64,000 nt of DNA from an uncultured Pseudomonadales bacterium (GTDB taxonomy: Bacteria; Patescibacteriota; Microgenomatia; UBA1400; UBA12028): contig CAZWPK010000001.1 in NCBI GenBank assembly GCA_964635905.1, positions 437,096-501,095 on the forward strand, given 5' to 3'. Of the stretch, positions 36,570-46,213 are shown piece by piece (the first letter of the stretch is position 1; each line of letters begins with the position of its first letter). The translations under genes were made by a program, and so were the position numbers. The notes under the pieces are model-generated. The model made no database searches. It was not told the DNA's origin and worked only from the letters and a program-made list of their open reading frames with translations.

Positions 36570-39386
36570 CTATTTCCCGTGACACTTCTTAAATTTCTTG
36601 CCACTTCCACACGGGCACAGATCATTACGACCGATTTTTGCTTGCGCAATTCCTGGTGCTTCCACTTTATGCTCTTCTTTCACAGCCGAGAGAGCTGCTG
36701 CTAAATCAGAAGTGGACCCTTTGGTAGAGGTTGGTAGTGCTTTCGCTTTGGATTGCTTCTGTCCGTTGCCTGAGAAGGTATGTGTTGCCGTCGCCGTTCC
36801 TACCGATACTGCATCATGTCTGGCAATCATCTGATTACTAGGAATAGAAACGGGTTGCGGTGCAGCTCCTGAAACATGGACGCGGAAGATCTTTCGAGCG
36901 ATGTTGGCATCAATGGTGGCAATGAGTTTCTCAAACATCTGATAGGCTTCCTTTTTGTAGGCAGCTTGGGATGCTTGTTTGTCACCACGTAGCCAAATAC
37001 CTTCGCGCAGTGACTCCATTGCATCCAAATGATCCATCCAGTGTTCATCGATCGTTTGTAAGATCGTGTAACTTTCAATATCACGCATTAGTGTTTTTCC
37101 CACAACCTCTTCTCGGCGGTCATACGTTGTGTGTGCGATATTTTGCAGCACTTCAATTAAATGCGTGGTTTCTTTACTATCTTGTAGCTGAGTGCGCAGT
37201 TCGACTTGAGACGCATCATCGAATGGAATGACAGCGATGAATTCTTTGACGATGGCATCAATTTCATCGTCCGTAAAGTTCTCGGGAGCCCGTCCCACCA
37301 CAATCGATTCAATTTCTTGATCAATGATGGATAAGATCTGCAATTTGGATGGTGGCAACTCCCCTTCTTGTGAGTGTGGGAGACTTAAGAGCTCCAAAAG
37401 TTTGCGTCGACGTCGATAGATGACTTCACGCTGCTTGTTCATGACGTCATCGAGCTCAACGAGTCGTTTACGTTGATCAAAGAAAAATCCTTCCACTTTG
37501 ATTTGAGCTTGTTCAATGGCTTTTCCGACCATGCCTGCTTCAATTGGTTGGTTCTCATCCATCTTTAACGCGGTCATCAGATTGGAAATGCGATCGCCAC
37601 CAAAGATCCGCATGATTTCATCTTCAAGAGAGATATAGAATCGTGAAGATCCTGGATCACCTTGTCGACCGGCGCGTCCGCGAAGCTGATTATCAATACG
37701 ACGGGATTCGTGACGCTCCGTTCCCAATACATGGAGTCCACCGACTGCAACAACATCTTCATGACGCCTCTGCCATTCTTTGACAGCTTTTTTGTATTCC
37801 GCCGCCGTTTTGAAATCACGTAGTTCTGGTTTGGCTCCACCTAAGATAATGTCGACACCACGACCGGCGATATTGGTTGCAACCGTTACTGCTCCCGGTC
37901 GACCCGCATCGGCAATGATGAAGGCTTCCTTTTCATGATTCTTTGCGTTCAAGACTTGATGCGGAATACTTTTGTGCACTAACAAGTCTGAAATGACTTG
38001 GTTGATGTCAATGGATCGTGTTCCCAGTAGAACTGGTTGTCCACGTTTATGATAACTTTCAACTTCTGCAACAATAGCTTCGTACTTCGCTTGTGTATTC
38101 TTGTACACAATATCGGAATGATCCTGACGAACAACAGGTCGATGCGTCGGGATGGGAAAGACATCGATTTTGTAAATCTTGTTAAACTCTTCGCTTTCCG
38201 TTACCGCGGTTCCGGACATACCGGAAAGTTTTTCATAGAGTCTAAAATAGTTTTGCAGAGAAATTGTTGCAAGCGTTCGTGACTCTTGTTGAATCTTTAC
38301 GTTCTCTTTGGCCTCGATTGCTTGATGCAAGCCATCAGAGTAGCGACGACCATACATGAGTCGGCCCGTGTGTTCATCAACGATTATCACTTCACCATCA
38401 CGAACGATATATTCTTTGTCACGATGAAAGAGTGCGTGGGCTTTTAAGGCTGCTTCAATGTGATGAATCGTGTCAAAACTTTCTTCATATAAATTCTGCA
38501 CGCCTAATTTCGTTTCGACACGCTTGATTCCAAGATCCGTTAACACGACGCTGCGCATTTTCTCATCCAATTTGTAGTCACTGTCTTTGGCAAGGATCGT
38601 AATGAGTTTTGCAAAATCATAATACTTTGTCGTTGGTTCTGTATCGGGAGCAGAAATAATGAGTGGTGTACGCGCTTCATCAATCAAAATGGAGTCTGCT
38701 TCGTCAACGATTGCAAAGTGATGACCACGTTGGACCACATCACCAAGTTTTTGCGCCATGTTGTCACGCAGATAATCAAAACCGAATTCATTATTCGTTC
38801 CATAGGTAACGTCGGCTGCGTAGGCTTCTTTGCGTGGGATAATCCGGAAATGCTCTAAACGATCATCACCTTTTTCTTCTCCACGAAACGAGGGATCATA
38901 TAGAAAAGCTTTGTCATGAATGATGACAGCAACGGAGACTCCCAGAAGGTGGTAGATCGGTCCCATCCATCCTGCACCTAGCTGTGCAAGATAATCGTTG
39001 ACGGTGACAAGATGCGCACCTTTACCGGTCAAGGAATTCAAGAATAAAGGGAGGGTTGCAGAAAGAGTCTTTCCTTCTCCCGTTTTTTGCTCTGCGATTT
39101 TTCCTTCATGAAAGGCAATACCTGCCATTAACTGTACATCGTAGTGCTGCATGCCGATGGTGCGTCGGGCGGCTTCGCGCACAAGTGCAAAGCTCTCGGG
39201 AAGGACAGCATCCAATGATTCTCCTTTGCTGATGCGATCCCGAAGCTTCTGCGTTCGCTTGGCTAGGTCATCATCGTCCAATTTCTCGAGTTTCTTATCA
39301 AACGAGTGAATTTGATCAACAATGGTTTGATAGCGGTCGAGGGTTTTTCGCTGCGGATTTAAAAACGATGAAAGTATCTTAAACAT
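36570..39386 (-). CDS. secA: preprotein translocase ATPase SecA
   Basis: 938 aa with DEAD-like motor motifs. C-terminal zinc-binding CPCGSGKKFKKCHGK. Confidence 0.95.
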   Translation of the reverse strand: MFKILSSFLNPQRKTLDRYQTIVDQIHSFDKKLEKLDDDDLAKRTQKLRDRISKGESLDAVLPESFALVREAARRTIGMQHYDVQLMAGIAFHEGKIAEQKTGEGKTLSATLPLFLNSLTGKGAHLVTVNDYLAQLGAGWMGPIYHLLGVSVAVIIHDKAFLYDPSFRGEEKGDDRLEHFRIIPRKEAYAADVTYGTNNEFGFDYLRDNMAQKLGDVVQRGHHFAIVDEADSILIDEARTPLIISAPDTEPTTKYYDFAKLITILAKDSDYKLDEKMRSVVLTDLGIKRVETKLGVQNLYEESFDTIHHIEAALKAHALFHRDKEYIVRDGEVIIVDEHTGRLMYGRRYSDGLHQAIEAKENVKIQQESRTLATISLQNYFRLYEKLSGMSGTAVTESEEFNKIYKIDVFPIPTHRPVVRQDHSDIVYKNTQAKYEAIVAEVESYHKRGQPVLLGTRSIDINQVISDLLVHKSIPHQVLNAKNHEKEAFIIADAGRPGAVTVATNIAGRGVDIILGGAKPELRDFKTAAEYKKAVKEWQRRHEDVVAVGGLHVLGTERHESRRIDNQLRGRAGRQGDPGSSRFYISLEDEIMRIFGGDRISNLMTALKMDENQPIEAGMVGKAIEQAQIKVEGFFFDQRKRLVELDDVMNKQREVIYRRRRKLLELLSLPHSQEGELPPSKLQILSIIDQEIESIVVGRAPENFTDDEIDAIVKEFIAVIPFDDASQVELRTQLQDSKETTHLIEVLQNIAHTTYDRREEVVGKTLMRDIESYTILQTIDEHWMDHLDAMESLREGIWLRGDKQASQAAYKKEAYQMFEKLIATIDANIARKIFRVHVSGAAPQPVSIPSNQMIARHDAVSVGTATATHTFSGNGQKQSKAKALPTSTKGSTSDLAAALSAVKEEHKVEAPGIAQAKIGRNDLCPCGSGKKFKKCHGK

Positions 39387-39477
39387 AGATGTTCCTTCTT
39401 GTTCTCAGTAGAGCTAGATTGTAGCAAAAAAGTCGACTTTTTGTGAACGGAACAGGGTGAAGAGATGAAGACACAAA

Positions 39478-39510
39478 AAAGGCCAGACTAACGCCTGGCC
39501 CTTTGTACGT
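39478..39510 (-). terminator. rho-independent terminator after the small lysine-rich gene (GGCCAG..CTGGCC hairpin + U-run)
   Basis: On the minus strand: ACAAAGGGCCAGGCGTTAGTCTGGCC followed by TTTTTT. Confidence 0.55.
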
Positions 39511-39525
39511 ACAAAAAGCGTGAAC

Positions 39526-39675
39526 TTAACGGCGGGCGGTTGCTCGCTTCGTTGTTTTCTTTGCTGTTTTACGAGCGGTTGTCTTCTTTGCGACTTTCTT
39601 TACTACTTTCTTTGCAACCTTCTTTACTGTTTTCTTCACTGCTTTTTTGACTGTTTTTTTCTTTGCTGCTGGCAT
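39526..39675 (-). CDS. 49-aa lysine-rich histone H1-like / nucleoid-associated basic protein (MPAAKKKTVKKAVKKTVKKVAKKVVKKVAKKTTARKTAKKTTKRATARR). Not in the ORF track because it is under 60 aa.
   Basis: Strong AGGGAGGTG RBS 7 nt upstream of the ATG. Terminator downstream. KKxVKK repeats as in Hc1/H1-like tails. Confidence 0.6.
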   Translation of the reverse strand: MPAAKKKTVKKAVKKTVKKVAKKVVKKVAKKTTARKTAKKTTKRATARR

Positions 39676-39817
39676 AGGTGTTACACCTCCCTTTCAAGGG
39701 TTTGCACACGTTACTATGTGCAAAATTTTATTACTCATTTCAGTAAAAGAAATATTGACACCATTGTCAATACCCTGTTGGTGTTTACAGGCTAACTTGG
39801 TCTGTAAAAATAAATTA

Positions 39818-41080
39818 TTACAGCGAAGAAATTTTTTCTTTTCCAAGAATTGGACGTAAAACTTGTGGAACGGTGATCGATCCATCTTCTTGTTGGTAAT
39901 TTTCAATCACTGCTGCAAGCAAGCGTGGTGTTGCGGCAACGGTATTATTTAAGGTGTACACATATTTGAGTTCACCCGTTGCTGTTTTATACCGCATGTT
40001 GAGTCGTCGTGCTTGAAAATCGTTAAAGTAACTTGCGGAATGTGTTTCACGATAGGTGTTCTCACCAGGAAACCAGGTTTCGATATCATACTTTTTCCGT
40101 TGACCGGCTCCCATATCACCCGTGCACATGAGAAGTACGTGATACGACAAACCTAATCCTTGCAATAATTCTTCGGAGTATGCCACCATCTGCTCATGCA
40201 TCACCTTTGTTTGTTCTTCATCCGCAACGGTTAACACGACTTGTTCTACTTTGCTAAATTGATGGACTCTGAAAAAACCCTTCGTATCTTTGCCATATGA
40301 TCCCACTTCACGACGAAAGCATGGTGAAATTCCTACAAGTTTGATTGGAAGATCTTTTTCGGTAAGCACTTCATTTTGATGATAGGCAGTCAACGATACT
40401 TCTGCAGTGCCAATCAGCCCTTGATCGTCTTGCGTCGTGTAATGATCTTCCATACCCCAAGGAAAATATCCAGTGCCCCAGAGTGCTTCCTTATTGACCA
40501 TCCAGGGAACGGTCATAGGAGTGAATCCTTTTGCAATCATTAATTGCAAGGCATACTGATGAAGTGCCATTTCAAGCAAGACAAGATCACCTTTAAGCAT
40601 GTAGGCGCGTCGCCCACCAATGGCAACTGCTTTTTCACTCTCAAACAGATTCAAGTTGGTTGCGAGCGCATAGTGTGGCTTTGGCTTGAATGCAAACGAT
40701 GGTTTTTCTCCCACCGTACGCACGACCACATTTTCTGTTTCATCTTTTCCAATCGGAGTATCAGTGGATGCGGGATTTGGAACATAGAGTAATAAGGAAT
40801 TAAATTCTGTTTCGACTGCTTTTAGTTCTGGCTCCACGGCTGCTAGTTGTGATTTAAATTCCTTTCCCGTTACAATTTCTTCCTCTGTTGGCTTTCTTCC
40901 CTTAATGGATGCAACATGTGTATTGGCTTGCTTTCGAATTCCCTCTACTGTTGCAATCAAGCCTCGTCGTTTGGTATCTAATGCTAACACCTGATCCACA
41001 ATTGCTGGATCCATTTGCTTTTCTGCGATTGCTTGTTTTAGTGTGTCGGCATTCTGCTGAATGTATTTGATATCGACCAT
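39818..41080 (-). CDS. serS: serine--tRNA ligase
   Basis: N-terminal coiled-coil arm plus class II core. 420 aa. Confidence 0.9.
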   Translation of the reverse strand: MVDIKYIQQNADTLKQAIAEKQMDPAIVDQVLALDTKRRGLIATVEGIRKQANTHVASIKGRKPTEEEIVTGKEFKSQLAAVEPELKAVETEFNSLLLYVPNPASTDTPIGKDETENVVVRTVGEKPSFAFKPKPHYALATNLNLFESEKAVAIGGRRAYMLKGDLVLLEMALHQYALQLMIAKGFTPMTVPWMVNKEALWGTGYFPWGMEDHYTTQDDQGLIGTAEVSLTAYHQNEVLTEKDLPIKLVGISPCFRREVGSYGKDTKGFFRVHQFSKVEQVVLTVADEEQTKVMHEQMVAYSEELLQGLGLSYHVLLMCTGDMGAGQRKKYDIETWFPGENTYRETHSASYFNDFQARRLNMRYKTATGELKYVYTLNNTVAATPRLLAAVIENYQQEDGSITVPQVLRPILGKEKISSL

Positions 41081-41093
41081 AGTGTTGTTCCTT

Positions 41094-41306
41094 TTAGTGC
41101 ATTCTAGTTCCTCTAGGTGTTGTTAGCACTTCAATTTTTTTACCATTGCTTAATGCTTCTGCAAGCAGATCTTCCAGTGACATGCTTATGTAGGCGAGTC
41201 TCTTATTGGCCGGTGGCTGTATTACCTCGTTCACAAGATACAGTCGCTGACGTTGTTCATTGGGCAACTTATTAAATGATTCCAAGATTGCTTCCACTCG
41301 TGCCAT
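41094..41306 (-). CDS. hypothetical small protein (70 aa) between the T-box-like leader and serS
   Basis: ORF with an AAAGGA RBS. Confidence 0.3.
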   Translation of the reverse strand: MARVEAILESFNKLPNEQRQRLYLVNEVIQPPANKRLAYISMSLEDLLAEALSNGKKIEVLTTPRGTRMH

Positions 41307-41339
41307 AGTTGATTCCTTTCGATTAAAAAAGATTCATCT

Positions 41340-41480
41340 AGACTGTTCTACTTTAGGTTGTGGGTCAAAAAAAACCACGTCAATGACATCCGATTAGGAC
41401 GCAATTTGCGTGGTACCACCTAAAATTATACTTATTCCAGCTATAGTGGGCATACCCAGGTAGTATTTCTCTACCAGCTT
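41340..41480 (-). promoter_or_regulatory. probable T-box-like leader (motif at 41409-41423; terminator with U8 at 41366-41414) upstream of the serS operon
   Basis: On the minus strand, TTAGGTGGTACCACG is followed by a GC-clamped hairpin and UUUUUUUU. Confidence 0.4.
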
Positions 41481-41553
41481 AAAAAGCGAGTGCTAGTCGC
41501 ATGAGCTTTCAAACTAGTACTATTGTACTGCGGAAATCTTTGGATGCAAACAA

Positions 41554-42009
41554 TTACGTAGTGCTTGACTGTGTATGCAGTTGCAAAGCTTTCGTGACAA
41601 ATTCGAGTGTCCCTGGTAAGGTCTTAAGGTTGGAGATTTCGTCGAGCGTAAACCACTTCCAGTCTACTGATTCATCATCACTGATTGTTGGGACTTGGTC
41701 ATGGATGTCAATGCGATAAATAAACAAATTGACATGCGTCATACAGTTTTCATCCTCCCACAAGGAGAAATGAATTTGTGGCTCACTATCAAGAATGGTG
41801 ACATCCGTCAGTCCGAGTTCTTCTCTCAATTCTCGATGAAGAGATTCAATCAGGCTTTCACCATATTCTTGTCCTCCTCCAGGGAGCTGCCACTTTAAGT
41901 GTGCTTTGGGATTTGCAGGCTGATTTCGTTGGGATAAAAGAATGGAGAAATCAGGACGAATGGCGACTCCAAAGGCTCCATTGACGATTCGATTTTTGGA
42001 TTTATTCAT
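41554..42009 (-). CDS. NUDIX hydrolase
   Basis: Nudix box GGGQEYGESLIESLHRELREELGL. Confidence 0.75.
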   Translation of the reverse strand: MNKSKNRIVNGAFGVAIRPDFSILLSQRNQPANPKAHLKWQLPGGGQEYGESLIESLHRELREELGLTDVTILDSEPQIHFSLWEDENCMTHVNLFIYRIDIHDQVPTISDDESVDWKWFTLDEISNLKTLPGTLEFVTKALQLHTQSSTT

Positions 42010-42188
42010 TGTTTTATCCCACGGTCTGGAGGAAGGGGGAGATCGATTTTTAGTGTGCCATCATCTTTTTCTTCGCTCGTGATTGGGATCTCTGGAATAC
42101 CAAGTATTTGCCTACGTTTCTCTTCAACAGCTCGTTGTTCGGAAGGTGTACGTGGAGGTTTCCCTCCTCTTTCAGAATAATCACTCAT
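42006..42188 (-). CDS. hypothetical small protein (60 aa)
   Basis: ORF overlapping the NUDIX start by 4 nt. Confidence 0.25.
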   Translation of the reverse strand: MSDYSERGGKPPRTPSEQRAVEEKRRQILGIPEIPITSEEKDDGTLKIDLPLPPDRGIKQ

Positions 42189-42256
42189 AGTTAATCCTCA
42201 GTATTTTAAAACTGGCGTAAGTATAACGAAGCGAACTTGGAAGATCAATGCAGTCG

Positions 42257-44383
42257 CTAGAGGCCGATTTCCTGAGCATGCGCTTGCATCGCTGGAAGAA
42301 CAACTGAAATTAAGGTGTTCAAATCAATGTTCAGATGTGTTAGACCTTCCGTAATCTCCTCTCGAGTTGCCCCTTTTGCAAACGATTTCTCTTTAAATTT
42401 CTTAGCGACCCGTTCTGGGGTAACCGTGGCCAGTTTCTTCTCTGGCATGACTAAAGCACAGGCAACAATGATTCCGGTTAGGTGATCACAAGTATATAAA
42501 CACCATTCCATTAAGGACTCTGGATGTCGTTGACCTTCTAGGTGTTCATAGTTATGGGTGCGAATACTATCTGCCCAAGCGGGCTGAATTCCTAACTTTT
42601 CTAGCTCTTGAGACAAGACAAGTGTGTGTTGATCTGGAGTATCTTCAGTCTTCTCCCAGTCTGCATCATGAAGTAACCCAACCAGTTCCCAACTTTGCTG
42701 CGTTTCACTTACTTCTTGTGGTCGATTGGAAGAGAAATAGCTCCAGAGTCCCGACATTGCAGCTTCCACTGCAAACATATGAGATTTCAGATTTTGGTTG
42801 TCAATGAGTTGGTCTAGCAGCCCAACAGCTTGCTCACGAGTAAGTGTAAGAGCTGTCAAAGCACCCGGCTTTGTTGCGCTCTTCGCTTTGGGTGCATGGT
42901 GATTGAGCATCAACGCAGAAATCTTTTGCTGTTCTTCTGTGGGACGTAACGTAGGAAATGCGATGACTTCTTTAATGGACCAAGTGTTGGTCAAAAACAT
43001 CACCAGACGATCGATTCCAATTCCAATTCCACCTAGTGGAGGTAGTCCATGTTCCATGGCTGCGATGAAGTCCTCATCCAACGGTTGGGCTTCGGCATCT
43101 CCTTCGCGCATATTCTTTTGCTCATTTTCGAATCGGGCACGCTGATCGAGCGCATCGGTGATCTCACTCCAACCATCTGCCATTTCTTTAGTACCCACAT
43201 ACAGCTCGAAACGTTCTACAAATCCATCCTTACTTCGGTGCGCTTTGGCAAGGGGACTGACTTCTTTAGGATAATCAATGATCCAGGTTGGGTTTAACAA
43301 CTGCTTGGTTGTGAGGTGATCAAAAAGAGCAAAGATTGCTTTACCGCGGGTGAAACTACCGGTCAATTCAATGGTATGCGTTGCCAAGACTGCTTCCAGT
43401 TGCTCATCGGAAAGCTCGTTCACATCAATCTCATTATACTTTTTTAGTGCATCCGTCATGGTGATTCTTGGCCAGTTACCAGACAAATCAATTTGGGTTT
43501 GCCCGACATCGAGGGTAAGCGAGTTATAGAGCTTCTGAGCTAAGTGCTTAAACATTCCTTCGGCAACGTCCATCATGACGGTGTAGTCTGCGTAGGCGTG
43601 ATACCACTCAATCATCGTAAACTCTGGTTGATGAGTCTGATCAATGCCTTCATTTCTAAAGTTACGCGCAATTTCAAAGACTCTCTCGTAGCCACCGACA
43701 ATCAGACGCTTTAGATACAGCTCTGGAGCAATCCGCAAAAAGAAGTCACTATCCAACGCATTCATGTGTGTAGAGAATGGCTTGGCATTTGTTCCCCCAT
43801 ACAGAGGTTGAAGCACCGGGGTTTCCACTTCCACAAAGTTATAGACGTCTTGAAGATAGCGTCGAATTTCCTTTTCGATGAGCCAACGTGCATCCAGCAC
43901 TTTCTTGACCTGAGGATCAATGACCATGTCTAGATAACGGTTGCGAAAACGAACTTCTTTGTCTTCAATACCTTGGAATGATGCAGGCAGAGAGCGCAGT
44001 GCTTTGGAGAGCAGGGCAAGCTCACCGGCCTCGATCGTTATCTCCCCTGTTTTGGTTTGAATGACTTTCCCGGAAACACCCAAATAATCGGATGCATCGA
44101 TCAAGGTAACCAATTGCTTATAGGCAACAATTCCTACTGTCTCTTCTTTGACCATGACTTGAATGGTCCCAGATGGATCGGACAAATTGAGGAAGGTTAC
44201 CTTTCCGTGCTCGCGCTTGGACAGAATGCGTCCGGCCGTGGTTACCTCTTCACCTAGTGATTCTCGTGCAGTAGACACACCATGGGTTTTGGCAAAGCTA
44301 TACGGATGGACTACCACACCTTGGGCTTCTAGTTCTTTGCGCTTGGCAAGCTTGGCTTGAATTGTTTCATCGAGACGGGACAT
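42257..44383 (-). CDS. lysS: lysine--tRNA ligase (class II) fused to a ~200-aa C-terminal HD-domain (YqeK-like phosphohydrolase) extension
   Basis: LysRS core runs to ...IAFPTLRP at about residue 497 (E. coli LysS ends there). The extension carries H (KSHMFAVE), HD (LLHDADW), H (IRTHNYEH) and D (CDHLTG), matching the HD superfamily motif order. Confidence 0.85.
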   Translation of the reverse strand: MSRLDETIQAKLAKRKELEAQGVVVHPYSFAKTHGVSTARESLGEEVTTAGRILSKREHGKVTFLNLSDPSGTIQVMVKEETVGIVAYKQLVTLIDASDYLGVSGKVIQTKTGEITIEAGELALLSKALRSLPASFQGIEDKEVRFRNRYLDMVIDPQVKKVLDARWLIEKEIRRYLQDVYNFVEVETPVLQPLYGGTNAKPFSTHMNALDSDFFLRIAPELYLKRLIVGGYERVFEIARNFRNEGIDQTHQPEFTMIEWYHAYADYTVMMDVAEGMFKHLAQKLYNSLTLDVGQTQIDLSGNWPRITMTDALKKYNEIDVNELSDEQLEAVLATHTIELTGSFTRGKAIFALFDHLTTKQLLNPTWIIDYPKEVSPLAKAHRSKDGFVERFELYVGTKEMADGWSEITDALDQRARFENEQKNMREGDAEAQPLDEDFIAAMEHGLPPLGGIGIGIDRLVMFLTNTWSIKEVIAFPTLRPTEEQQKISALMLNHHAPKAKSATKPGALTALTLTREQAVGLLDQLIDNQNLKSHMFAVEAAMSGLWSYFSSNRPQEVSETQQSWELVGLLHDADWEKTEDTPDQHTLVLSQELEKLGIQPAWADSIRTHNYEHLEGQRHPESLMEWCLYTCDHLTGIIVACALVMPEKKLATVTPERVAKKFKEKSFAKGATREEITEGLTHLNIDLNTLISVVLPAMQAHAQEIGL

Positions 44384-44397
44384 ACAGTAACTTTCTT

Positions 44398-44763
44398 CTA
44401 TTGTCTATTTGCATTCAGATTATATAGCATTTCCCCATACATTTCTGGATCTTGAGTTCTGAGTAGTGTTTCAAACACCTGAACTAATTCAGCAGTATCT
44501 ACACTAGCTTGAGGTTGTGTCCTCATATGCTGTTCCGCTTTTGACATTATTCCCACTCCTTGACCTAAAGTCGTAGCCTCACGAAGTGTAAACCAAGCGG
44601 GAAAAATATTTTCATTACTTTGTATCGATCGACTCCAGCCTTGATTACTTGATATTTTTTCTACCAGAGTTCTAGCCGATACTGAACGGAATGAATCGAT
44701 TGCCATAATTGCTCCTATAAAGTATTTTAAATGTTTACAATCTTCTCTTTTTTGTGGATACAT
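44398..44763 (-). CDS. hypothetical protein (121 aa)
   Basis: ORF only. Confidence 0.25.
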   Translation of the reverse strand: MYPQKREDCKHLKYFIGAIMAIDSFRSVSARTLVEKISSNQGWSRSIQSNENIFPAWFTLREATTLGQGVGIMSKAEQHMRTQPQASVDTAELVQVFETLLRTQDPEMYGEMLYNLNANRQ

Positions 44764-44941
44764 GAGTGACTACTCTAGTATCACTAGTTTCTAGTGGGAA
44801 TTCGCCGAATCGATGTGTTCTTCCATTATGATGGACAGTCATACCCTGACCATCTTCTAGAGCCTCGTCGACAACATCTTCATAATCTAATTCCCTGCGA
44901 ACTCGATTAGGATCAACTGGAGTGAATCGTCGTTTTTCCAT
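44735..44941 (-). CDS. hypothetical protein (68 aa)
   Basis: ORF only. Confidence 0.2.
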   Translation of the reverse strand: MEKRRFTPVDPNRVRRELDYEDVVDEALEDGQGMTVHHNGRTHRFGEFPLETSDTRVVTHVSTKKRRL

Positions 44942-45045
44942 ACATTTCTCCTATACTAGAAGGTGGAGTGTACATTCTAGATGTCAATTTTCGAAGTTTT
45001 TGAGCATATGTTAAGATATAGGTATATTTGTAATACCTGTTACAT

Positions 45046-45699
45046 ATGCGTACGATTACTCAAGCGGTTCGAGAGATAGTTTCTTCTTCCGATGTGGCTC
45101 AAGAAGCCTTAACTTCCCAGATCCTCAACCTCTCCGCGTATGCCAAAAGAATCCAGCCAGAAGTGGAGAAATTGACGTGGAAAGAAGTGAAGCCTGGGAC
45201 CATTGCTGTGGCCTTGTTTCGATTGCAAGAAGAATTCACAACGCAACCAAAGCTTCGACCCATGGTATTGATCGAGAATTTAAGTATTCAGACGGATCTT
45301 GTGGATGTAAGTTTTGAAAAAACTGAGCAGTTGCTAGCTAAAATCCCTTCACTTCACGCTACGCTAGTTCATACGCCAAGAACGGTGTTTGTAGAGACTG
45401 TGGGAATGCATGAGGTGACGTTCATCGCCTCAAAATCACTCAAAGAAGGTATTCTTGCTCATCTTGGCCTGCCTACCAAAAGTAGCTATGAGGGGTTAGT
45501 TGGGATCAGTTTAGGATTTGATAGTCAGTATTTAAGTGTCCCAAACACGATCTACACACTGATTTCATCGGTAGCCTCAAAGCGAATCAATATTGTGGAA
45601 ATAGTGTCTACCTATACAGAGCTTATGATTGTGGTGGATCAAAAAGATCGAGAGACTTGCGTCAAAGCACTGGAGCCACACTTTAAATCTATATCTTAA
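45046..45699 (+). CDS. ACT-domain-like protein (two tandem ACT-like repeats)
   Basis: GLVGISLGFDSQYLSVPNTIYTLISSVASKRINIVEIVSTYTELMIVVD resembles an ACT fold, with a similar N-terminal repeat. Confidence 0.35.
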   Translation: MRTITQAVREIVSSSDVAQEALTSQILNLSAYAKRIQPEVEKLTWKEVKPGTIAVALFRLQEEFTTQPKLRPMVLIENLSIQTDLVDVSFEKTEQLLAKIPSLHATLVHTPRTVFVETVGMHEVTFIASKSLKEGILAHLGLPTKSSYEGLVGISLGFDSQYLSVPNTIYTLISSVASKRINIVEIVSTYTELMIVVDQKDRETCVKALEPHFKSIS

Positions 45700-46213
45700 A
45701 AAATAACATTTCTCCGACTACTTTCGTTGGTACCACATGGGGTACCCGGTGTCGAAAAGAGATGAACCATGACCCCTTTTTCATTTCATGCTTGGCTTTT
45801 TTAAATAGCTTCTCCATATGACGTTCAATAAAGAACGTGAACACGACATCGGCTTTTGAAAGATCTAGATACCAAAAGTCTTTAAATTGAAATTTGTAGC
45901 CTCGAAAGGAACTGTTGTTCAATCGGAGACGAGTAAGGAGATAGCGAATGGGATCGAGTTCCACCCCAATTACCTCTTTTGGATTACGGGTAGCCATCGT
46001 TTCCATCACTTCACCATACCCTGAGCCTAAATCAATAACGGTGTCTCCAGGATGGATATATGGCAAGATCTTTTTAATCTCGGATCTGGGTGTGGGCATA
46101 TAATTTGACCCACGTTTCATTAAATAGGACTGAATCACGAGATAACCCGTAAGCAGGAAATAAAAGAATACAATGAGAAGTTGCACCCCGATTGATCCAG
46201 GGAATATCATCAT
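45689..46213 (-). CDS. class I SAM-dependent methyltransferase with an N-terminal TM helix
   Basis: Motif I VIDLGSGYGEV. N-terminal hydrophobic helix. Confidence 0.55.
   Translation of the reverse strand: MMIFPGSIGVQLLIVFFYFLLTGYLVIQSYLMKRGSNYMPTPRSEIKKILPYIHPGDTVIDLGSGYGEVMETMATRNPKEVIGVELDPIRYLLTRLRLNNSSFRGYKFQFKDFWYLDLSKADVVFTFFIERHMEKLFKKAKHEMKKGSWFISFRHRVPHVVPTKVVGEMLFFKI

Noticed and set aside
39520-39795. Listed + strand 91-aa Cys/Phe/Leu-rich ORF (MNLTAGGCSLRCFLCCF...)
   Set aside because: It is the antisense shadow of the lysine-rich minus-strand gene: AAG/AAA codons read backwards give CTT/TTT. The minus-strand gene has a strong RBS and a terminator; this ORF has neither.
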